Positions 56,375-64,000 of a stretch of 64,000 nt of DNA are shown here, one piece after another. Both the position numbers and the translations under genes were made by a program. This DNA is from Candidatus Polarisedimenticolaceae bacterium (GTDB lineage Bacteria; Acidobacteriota; Polarisedimenticolia; Polarisedimenticolales; Polarisedimenticolaceae): positions 8,075-72,074 of the forward strand of contig JBFKMV010000001.1 in assembly GCA_041629655.1 (NCBI GenBank), read 5' to 3'. The notes under the pieces are model-generated. The model ran no database searches, had not been told where the DNA came from, and was given only the letters and a program-made list of their open reading frames with translations. Every line of letters begins with the position of its first letter. Position 1 is the first letter of the stretch.

Positions 56375-57699
56375 GGGTACAGCCGGTGGATCTGGCGCGG
56401 GTAGGGGATCGCCTCCCTGAGGTGCGGGATCCCGCAGATCCAGGTCACGAAGCGCTCGATGCCCATGCCGAAGCCGGCGTGCGGGACGGTGCCGTAGCGC
56501 CGGATGTCGAGGTACCACTGGAACGCCTCGACCGGAAGACCGTGCTCCTTGATCCGCGACAGCAGCAGGTCGTGGTCGTGGATGCGCTGCGAGCCGCCGA
56601 TGATCTCGCCGTAGCCCTCGGGCGCCAGCACGTCGACGCACAGCGCCTTGCCGGGGTCGTCGGCGGCGGGCTGCATGTAGAACGCCTTGATCTCGGCGGG
56701 CCAGTGCGTGACCATCACCGGCCGGTCGAACTCGCCGGTCAGGACCGTCTCGTCGAACCCGCCGAAGTCGCTGCCGCGCGTGAACGGCGGCGCGCCGGCC
56801 TCCCGCATGCGCGCCTGCGAGGCGGGTCGCAGCAGGATCTCCGCCGCCTGGTCGTAGGTCAACCGCGGGAACGGCGGGACGACCGACGCGAGCCGTGCCG
56901 TGTCGCGCTTTAGGAAGGCCAGCTCGTCCTTGCAGCGGTCCAGGCAGCGCGCCACCAGGTAGCTGACGAACTCCTCGGCCAGCTCCAGCAGGCCGGGCAG
57001 CTCCAAAAACGCCACCTCGGGCTCGATCATCCAGAACTCGGTCAGGTGGCGGCGCGTCTTCGACTTCTCGGCGCGGAAGGTCGGACCGAAGCAGTACACC
57101 TTCCCGAACGCCATGCAGGCGGGCTCCAGGTACAGCTGGCCCGACTGGGTCAGGTAGGCCTTGTCGTCGAAGTAGTCGGTCTCGAACAGCGTCGTGGTGC
57201 CCTCGCATGCCGCCGGGGTCAGCACCGGCGAGTCGATCAGCACGAACCGCCGCTCGTAGAAGAAGTCCCGGCACGCCTGCACCACCTCGTGGCGCACCTT
57301 GAGCACCGCCAGCGGGGTCCGCGAGCGCAGGTACAGGTGGCGCTTGTCGAACAGGAACTCGACGCCGTGGTCCTTGGGCTGGATCGGGTATTCCTCGGCC
57401 TCGTGGATCACGTCCAGCGCCTCGATGCCGAGCTCGTAGCCGCCCGGGGCGCGCTCGTCCGCGCGCACGGTGCCGGTCACGGCGAGCGACGACTCGAGCG
57501 GGACGCGGTCGCAGCGCTCGAACAGCTCGGCGGGCACGTTCTTGACGAACGCCACGCACTGCAACAGGCCGCTGCCGTCACGCAGCACGAGGAACTTGAT
57601 CTTGCCCGAGGACCGCTTCTGGTACAGCCAGCCCTTGACGACGACCCGTTCCCCGACGTGTCCGCCCAGCTCGTCGATGTAGACGAAATCGCGGGACAT
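56371..57699 (-). CDS. asnS: Asparagine--tRNA ligase
   Basis: OB-fold N-terminus and class II motifs [21 protein letters not shown] and GFGMGIERF. Confidence 0.85.
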   Translation of the reverse strand: MSRDFVYIDELGGHVGERVVVKGWLYQKRSSGKIKFLVLRDGSGLLQCVAFVKNVPAELFERCDRVPLESSLAVTGTVRADERAPGGYELGIEALDVIHEAEEYPIQPKDHGVEFLFDKRHLYLRSRTPLAVLKVRHEVVQACRDFFYERRFVLIDSPVLTPAACEGTTTLFETDYFDDKAYLTQSGQLYLEPACMAFGKVYCFGPTFRAEKSKTRRHLTEFWMIEPEVAFLELPGLLELAEEFVSYLVARCLDRCKDELAFLKRDTARLASVVPPFPRLTYDQAAEILLRPASQARMREAGAPPFTRGSDFGGFDETVLTGEFDRPVMVTHWPAEIKAFYMQPAADDPGKALCVDVLAPEGYGEIIGGSQRIHDHDLLLSRIKEHGLPVEAFQWYLDIRRYGTVPHAGFGMGIERFVTWICGIPHLREAIPYPRQIHRLYP

Positions 57700-57706
57700 G
57701 CCGGCG

Positions 57707-59800
57707 TCAGCTGGCTTCCTGCTTGCGCTTCTGGTACTCGGCGATGATCTTCTCGCGCACGCTTGCAGGCGCCTCGTCGTAGTGGTCGAACTCCATCGTG
57801 TAGGAGCCGCGATCCGAGGTCAGCGACTTCAGCGTCGAGGCGTAGTCCAGCATCTCGGCCAGCGGCACCTGGGCCTTGATCACCTGGTCTCCGCCGACCG
57901 CCTCCATGCCCTGCGGCTTGCCGCGGCGCGAGGACAGGTCGCCCATGATGTCGCCCATGTTCTCCTCGGGTGCGGTGATCTCGACCTGCATGATCGGCTC
58001 GAGGATCGTCGGCCGCGCCTTGTCCATCGCGCCCTGGAAGGCCAGCGAGCCGGCGATCTTGAACGCCATCTCGGAGGAGTCGACGCTGTGGAACTTGCCG
58101 TCGACCAGCGTGACCTTGAAGTCGATCACCGGGCAGCCGGACAGCCAGCCGCGCTCGGCCGCCTCCGCGATCCCCTTCTGCACCGCCGGCCGGTAGTTCT
58201 GCGGGATCGAGCCGCCGAAGATCTTGTCCTCGAACTCGAACCCGCCGCCGCGCGGCAGCGGCTCCATGTGGATCACGCACACGCCGAACTGCCCGCGTCC
58301 GCCGGATTGTTTCTTGTGCTTGCCCTCGACGTTCTCGACCTTGCGGGTGATCGTCTCGAGGTAGGGCACCTTCGGCAGTTTGAGGATCGCATCGACGCCG
58401 AACTTGCGCTTCATCCGCGACAGCGCGACCTCGACGTGGACCTGGCCGGTGCCCGAGACCAGCAGCTCGCCGGTCTGCGGGTCGCGCCCGACCTTGAGCA
58501 CCGGGTCCTCCTCGGTCAGCCGGTGCAGCGCCTGCGAGATCTTCTCCTCGTCGCCCTTCGACTTCGGCTCGACGGCGAACGAGATCGCCGGCGGCCGGAA
58601 CTCCACGGACTTGTACTGGATCGGGTGCGCCGGGTCGGCCAGCGTGTCGCCGGTGTGGGTCTCCTTGAGCTTGGCCACCACGCCCAGGTCGCCGGCGCGG
58701 ATCTCGCCGATCGCCTCGAGCTGCTTGCCCTGGAGCAGCGAGATGCCGCCCATCCGCTCGGACGTCTCGTGCTGCACGTTGACCACCGAGCTGTCGCTCT
58801 TGAGCACTCCGCTCTGCACGCGGAACAGCGACAACCGCCCGGCGTAGGGGTCGGCGACGGTCTTGAACACCAGCGCCGAGACCGGCTCGGTCGTGGCCAC
58901 CTTGCGCACGACCTCGTCGTCCTTGCCCGGGACGGTGCCGCGGATCTCGCCGCGCCAGTCCGGGGCCGGGACCAGGTCGGCGACCGCATCCAGCAGCGGC
59001 TGCACGCCGATCACGCGCGAGGCGGCGGCGCAGAACACCGGGAAGATCTTGCGTCGCGCCACGGCCTTGCGCAGGCCCGCGGCCAGCTCCTCGGCGCCCA
59101 GCTCCCCGGCCTCGAAAAACTTCTCCATCAGCGCGTCGTCGGTCTCGGCGATCATCTCCACCAGTGCGGATCGCGCCTCGGCGGCGCGCTCGGCCAGGTC
59201 CCCCGGGACGTCCTCCTCGGCGGGCTGGCCGGAGGCGTCGGTGGCGAAGCGGACCGCCTTCATGCGGATCAGGTCGACGACGCCGGCGAAGTCCTTCTCC
59301 TCACCGATCGGGATCTGCAGCGGAACCGCCTCGCGGCCGAAGCGCTCCTGGATCGCCGCGAGACAGCGGTCGAACGAGGCGCGCTCGCGGTCGAGCTTGT
59401 TGATCGCGAACATCACCGGCAGCCCGAACCCGGCGGCGTAGTTGAAGGCCCGGTTGGTCACGACCTCGACCCCGGCGACCCCTTCGATCAGCAGCAGCGC
59501 CGCGTCGGCGACCGACAGGGCCGACTTGGCGTCGGCGGCGAAGGCGGCATAGCCGGGCGTGTCCAGCAGGTTGATCTTGCGGTTGTTCCACTCCAGGTGC
59601 GCCAGCGCCATCTGGAGCGAGATCTTCCGCTCGATCTCCTCCTCGTCGTAGTCGGTGATCGAGGTCCCGTCGTCCACGCTACCCAGCCGGTTGGTCGCCC
59701 CGGAGAGGAACAACATCGCCGAGGCCAGCGTGGTCTTGCCGCAGTCGCCGTGGCCGACCAGCGCGACGTTCCGGATGTCCGCGGTGTCGTAAACCTTCAT
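57707..59800 (-). CDS. Elongation factor G paralogue (EF-G2-like)
   Basis: [13 protein letters not shown] and five-domain EF-G length (697 aa). Switch II reads DTPGYAAF (Tyr in place of the catalytic His). Switch I reads ERKISL. Confidence 0.8.
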   Translation of the reverse strand: MKVYDTADIRNVALVGHGDCGKTTLASAMLFLSGATNRLGSVDDGTSITDYDEEEIERKISLQMALAHLEWNNRKINLLDTPGYAAFAADAKSALSVADAALLLIEGVAGVEVVTNRAFNYAAGFGLPVMFAINKLDRERASFDRCLAAIQERFGREAVPLQIPIGEEKDFAGVVDLIRMKAVRFATDASGQPAEEDVPGDLAERAAEARSALVEMIAETDDALMEKFFEAGELGAEELAAGLRKAVARRKIFPVFCAAASRVIGVQPLLDAVADLVPAPDWRGEIRGTVPGKDDEVVRKVATTEPVSALVFKTVADPYAGRLSLFRVQSGVLKSDSSVVNVQHETSERMGGISLLQGKQLEAIGEIRAGDLGVVAKLKETHTGDTLADPAHPIQYKSVEFRPPAISFAVEPKSKGDEEKISQALHRLTEEDPVLKVGRDPQTGELLVSGTGQVHVEVALSRMKRKFGVDAILKLPKVPYLETITRKVENVEGKHKKQSGGRGQFGVCVIHMEPLPRGGGFEFEDKIFGGSIPQNYRPAVQKGIAEAAERGWLSGCPVIDFKVTLVDGKFHSVDSSEMAFKIAGSLAFQGAMDKARPTILEPIMQVEITAPEENMGDIMGDLSSRRGKPQGMEAVGGDQVIKAQVPLAEMLDYASTLKSLTSDRGSYTMEFDHYDEAPASVREKIIAEYQKRKQEAS

Positions 59801-59861
59801 CGGGCGCTCCTTACGCGCGTTTCGAGGTTTCTGGTGTCCCGGGGTGCCGGAAGAAAGCGGG

Positions 59862-59870
59862 AATATACCA
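59862..59870 (-). promoter_or_regulatory. Extended -10 promoter candidate for the EF-G...holB operon
   Basis: The minus strand reads TGGTATATT, about 60 nt upstream of the ATG. A TAAGGAG RBS follows. Confidence 0.3.
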
Positions 59871-59978
59871 TAGCGGCGCGGCCGGCGCGGGCGCGCGCGC
59901 GGCGCCTTTTCGACGCTTTCGACTCCGTTTCGGCGCCCGCCCCCGACACCGCCCACGGCCCGGATTTTCGGCGCTTTC

Positions 59979-60007
59979 TTGACCGGGGCGGGGCCCGGAC
60001 CTAGGTT
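59979..60007 (+). promoter_or_regulatory. Sigma-70 promoter candidate
   Basis: TTGACC-N17-TAGGTT, 43 nt upstream of the ATG at 60050. Confidence 0.3.
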
Positions 60008-60049
60008 TTGAGGGTGCCGCCGGGGGATCCATGTGGAGGGCGAGCTTCG

Positions 60050-60661
60050 ATGCTCGAAGCGACCAACCTGCTCGTCACCTGCCCGTCCTGTCGGGCGCTG
60101 TACCGTCACGCCGCCGCCGCGGCCGGAGCGGACCGCGCGCGCTGCTCGCGCTGTAGCTCGGTGTTCCTGCTGACCGGCTCGGTGGGCGCGTCGTATCGCG
60201 TCGTCGACGCGGCCGCGCTGCCCGTCCCACGCCCCGGGATCCCGCACCACGGGCCGGGCGCACCGCTGGGGATCGGGATGGACGACCCGTCGCTGGCCGA
60301 GCAGCTCGAGCGCGCCGGACGCACCTCCGGTCCCGGCGCGGAGCGACGCCCGATGACGTACCGGGTGCTGGCCGACGAGGAGCCGGAACACGCCTCGGCC
60401 CGGACGGCGGCGCCCGGCGTCGCGGACGAGGTCGTGGCGGCGGAGAGCCCCGCGGAGGCGACCCCGGCCCCGGTCCGGGCGCGACACGGCGCGCTCGCCA
60501 GGGGTACGATCACCCTGTGCTGTATCGGGCTCGGCGCAGCCGCGGGCTACCTGACGGCGTCCGATCTGGCGGGTGACTTCCGGGTCGGGGCGGCGATCGG
60601 CGGCGCGGCCGGCCTGGTCCTGGCCTGGGGGTGGCTGCGATGGATGTCCCGCAACACCTAG
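60050..60661 (+). CDS. Zinc-ribbon (MJ0042-type) protein with C-terminal TM helices
   Basis: CPSC...N17...CSRC at the N-terminus, an acidic low-complexity linker, and two C-terminal hydrophobic helices. Confidence 0.5.
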   Translation: MLEATNLLVTCPSCRALYRHAAAAAGADRARCSRCSSVFLLTGSVGASYRVVDAAALPVPRPGIPHHGPGAPLGIGMDDPSLAEQLERAGRTSGPGAERRPMTYRVLADEEPEHASARTAAPGVADEVVAAESPAEATPAPVRARHGALARGTITLCCIGLGAAAGYLTASDLAGDFRVGAAIGGAAGLVLAWGWLRWMSRNT

Positions 60662-61788
60662 CGGGATCGAGTCAACCGGTCGAGGTTCCCGAAGCCGAAT
60701 CCTGTCCGCGTTGCGGGACCCCCTGGGGGCACCTCCCATCGGTCGAGGTGGGGGCTCTCGGCACCGCCTCGATCCGGCGCTGCATCCGCTGCGGCGCGCG
60801 CGCCACCACCGGGACCGAAAAGCTGCGCTGGGCGTTCAACTGCAATCGCTGCGGCCTGCCGTTCCTGGACGACGAGCCGCTGGCGCAGACCGAGCAGCGC
60901 TGCCTCGACTGCCGCGGCGACGAGCAGCCCGCAGCGGTGACGGAGCCCGAGTTGGCGGTTGCCACCGAGGCGGAGTTTCGCGCGGCGCTCGCCGCCACGT
61001 GGCGCTTCGTCGGGGCTCCCGCGCTGACCGCGTATCTCGACCGGCTGGTGCAGCGGGTCGCGCGGCGCGTGCCGGGGGCGCCGGACGATCCCCGGGTGGT
61101 GGTGATCCAGGACTGGGCGGTGCGACGCCTGGGCCTGCCGTCGGGGACCGTGCTGCTCAGCGTCGGGGCGCTGGGGTTCCTCGAGGACGAGGCGGAGCTG
61201 GTGTTCGTGCTGGCGCACGAGCTGGCTCACGCGGCGTCGGGGGATGCCGCCGAGCGCCTGGCCCGGCTCGGGTTCCAGAGCGTGGCGCGCGAGGACTCGG
61301 ACCCCGAGGTCGCGGCGTGGGTCCGGGCGGCCGAGGACCTGGCGCGGATGGGCTACGGCTGGCAGCGCGAGCGCGAGGCCGACGCGCGCGCGATCGAGGC
61401 GCTGCTGGCGATGAACTACGACCCCGGCTCGGTGCTGCGGTACTTCGAGCGGCTCCAGGAGGGGATCGAGGCCGGCAACGTGAACCTCGCCGAGCTGGCC
61501 ACCTCCCACCCGACGCCGCTCGAGCGCGCGCGGCGCGTCGAGAGCGCGGTCCGCGCGGCCGGCGGCGCTGCCGCGGTGCTGCGGGTCAACCGCGAGGTGT
61601 ACCGGCGCGTGGCCGGCCGTCGTCTGCTGGAGGCCGAGCTGGACCGCTCCGAGCTGGGACAGCGCTCGGAGCACGACGCCGACGGCTCGCGGCTGCGACG
61701 CGCCCTGCGCCGGCTGGGCTGGGCCGCGCTCGGCGTGGGCACCCTGGCGCTGCTGATCCTGCTGGTCGGCTGGCTGCTCTCGCGCTGA
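60631..61788 (+). CDS. M48-family zinc metallopeptidase with two N-terminal zinc ribbons and a C-terminal TM anchor
   Basis: CPRC/CIRC and CNRC/CLDC pairs, an HELAH active site, downstream EREAD, and the TM segment LGWAALGVGTLALLILLVGWLL. Confidence 0.7.
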   Translation: MAAMDVPQHLAGSSQPVEVPEAESCPRCGTPWGHLPSVEVGALGTASIRRCIRCGARATTGTEKLRWAFNCNRCGLPFLDDEPLAQTEQRCLDCRGDEQPAAVTEPELAVATEAEFRAALAATWRFVGAPALTAYLDRLVQRVARRVPGAPDDPRVVVIQDWAVRRLGLPSGTVLLSVGALGFLEDEAELVFVLAHELAHAASGDAAERLARLGFQSVAREDSDPEVAAWVRAAEDLARMGYGWQREREADARAIEALLAMNYDPGSVLRYFERLQEGIEAGNVNLAELATSHPTPLERARRVESAVRAAGGAAAVLRVNREVYRRVAGRRLLEAELDRSELGQRSEHDADGSRLRRALRRLGWAALGVGTLALLILLVGWLLSR

Positions 61789-61854
61789 AGCTCGCCCCGC
61801 CCGCGCTAGCATGGACGGCGCGCCGGGGTGTGGTGGCGCGGCGGGCGAGCGAGC

Positions 61855-62901
61855 GTGAGGATCGACGACTACGACTACGAGCTTCCGGGCGAGCTGATCG
61901 CCCAGGCCCCGCTGCCCGACCGGGACGCCTCGCGGCTGATGCTGCTGGAGCGGGAGCACGGCGGCCTCGAGCACCGCCGCTTCGCCGAGCTGCCGCGGCT
62001 GCTCGACCCCGGGGACCTGCTGGTGCTCAACGATACCCGCGTGCTTCCGGCGCGCCTGCTCGGGCGCAAGCCCGGCGGCGGCGGCATCGAGGTGTTCCTG
62101 CTCGAGCGGGACGCGGCCACGGCCGGAGAGGCGTGGGAGTGCCTGCTCCGGGCCTCGCGCAAGCCGCCCCGCGGCTCGCGGATCCGGTTCGAGGAACAGC
62201 TGACCGCGGAGGTGCTCGAGCGGCGCGACGACCGCTGGCTGATGCGGTTCGAGCATCCCGCCGGGGACCCCGCGGCGGCGCTCCGCCGGATCGGGCGGAT
62301 GCCGCTTCCCCCGTACATCCGCCGCCGGCCCGACGACGCGCGGGATGCCGAGGACCGGCTGCGCTACCAGACCGTGTTCGGCCGCGCGCCGGGCGCGGTG
62401 GCGGCGCCCACCGCCGGACTCCACTTCACCGAGCGCAGCTTCGCGGCGCTGCGCGAGCGCGGGGTGCGGCTGGGGTTCCTGACGCTGCACGTCGGGCTGG
62501 GAACGTTCCTCCCGGTCCGGGTCGAGCGGGTGGAGGACCACGTGATGCACGAGGAACGGTTCGTGTTGCCCGCGGCGACCGCCGAGGCGCTGGCCGAAAC
62601 CCGGCGCGGCGGGGGACGCGTCGTGGCCGTCGGCACGACCGTGGTGCGCACGCTCGAGCATCAGGCCCGCCCGGACGGCACGGTGGAGCCGGGGGCCGGC
62701 CGCTCGGGACTCTACATCCGCCCCGGACACCGGTTCCGCGTCGTGGACGCGTTGCTGACCAACTTCCACCTTCCGCGCTCGACGCTGCTGCTGCTGGTCA
62801 GCGCGTTCGCCGGACGCGAGGCCGTGCTCGCGGCCTACCGCGAGGCGGTGCGGGAGCGCTATCGCTTCTACTCGTATGGCGATGCGATGCTGATCCGCTG
62901 A
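61855..62901 (+). CDS. queA: S-adenosylmethionine:tRNA ribosyltransferase-isomerase
   Basis: DYDYELPGELIAQAP, AAPTAGLHFT, VGTT and YRFYSYGDAMLI. A GTG start was chosen. Confidence 0.9.
   Translation: MRIDDYDYELPGELIAQAPLPDRDASRLMLLEREHGGLEHRRFAELPRLLDPGDLLVLNDTRVLPARLLGRKPGGGGIEVFLLERDAATAGEAWECLLRASRKPPRGSRIRFEEQLTAEVLERRDDRWLMRFEHPAGDPAAALRRIGRMPLPPYIRRRPDDARDAEDRLRYQTVFGRAPGAVAAPTAGLHFTERSFAALRERGVRLGFLTLHVGLGTFLPVRVERVEDHVMHEERFVLPAATAEALAETRRGGGRVVAVGTTVVRTLEHQARPDGTVEPGAGRSGLYIRPGHRFRVVDALLTNFHLPRSTLLLLVSAFAGREAVLAAYREAVRERYRFYSYGDAMLIR

Positions 62902-64000
<1,099 letters not shown>

Overview
Very GC-rich bacterial chromosome segment from a Gram-negative-type cell envelope. Third codon positions are almost all G/C, and long Arg/Pro/Gly-rich shadow ORFs lie on the non-coding strands. 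I cannot assign a lineage. RNase Y, sigma-54 regulation and many multihaem cytochromes would fit an Acidobacteriota- or Myxococcota-like organism.

The window divides into three parts.

(1) Bases 1-3200 hold the 3' end of an HlyD-like/M50-type membrane protein. It is translationally coupled to a truncated SecA-like ATPase.

(2) Bases 4200-26400 form a redox / extracellular-electron-transfer (EET) region:
- two monohaem cytochromes c flanking a UspA gene;
- two divergent multihaem-c / cytochrome-b fusion genes (11 and 19 CXXCH motifs, CbcL-like);
- an operon encoding an MtrA/PioA-type decahaem cytochrome, an MtrB/PioB-type outer-membrane barrel, an FAD monooxygenase and an ImcH/NapC-like membrane cytochrome;
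- a PAS histidine kinase with a divergently transcribed NtrC-type sigma-54 activator;
- an Rrf2 regulator, and TlpA and BolA genes.

(3) Bases 26400-64000 are mostly housekeeping: sppA, BamA-like OMP, nrnA, moaDE, a sigma-70 family factor, a divergent BipA-like GTPase, rny, an acyl-CoA dehydrogenase, secA, guaB, tsaE, nnr, aroC, an rlmD-like gene, the holB-tmk-ribF-pgpA-rimO-asnS-EF-G operon, queA and tgt.

The most notable non-coding signals are:
- seven well-spaced sigma-54 promoter matches (TGGNNN-N5-TTGCT), placed in front of the cytochrome genes, the regulators and a small terminator-bounded RNA;
- that roughly 90-nt candidate sRNA, whose 5' tail is perfectly complementary over 13 nt to the SD/AUG region of the decahaem gene;
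- a roughly 530-nt highly structured minus-strand RNA candidate between aroC and the rlmD-like gene, with its own promoter and intrinsic terminator, which I could not match to tmRNA or RNase P.

I saw no rRNA, tRNA, CRISPR array or mobile element.
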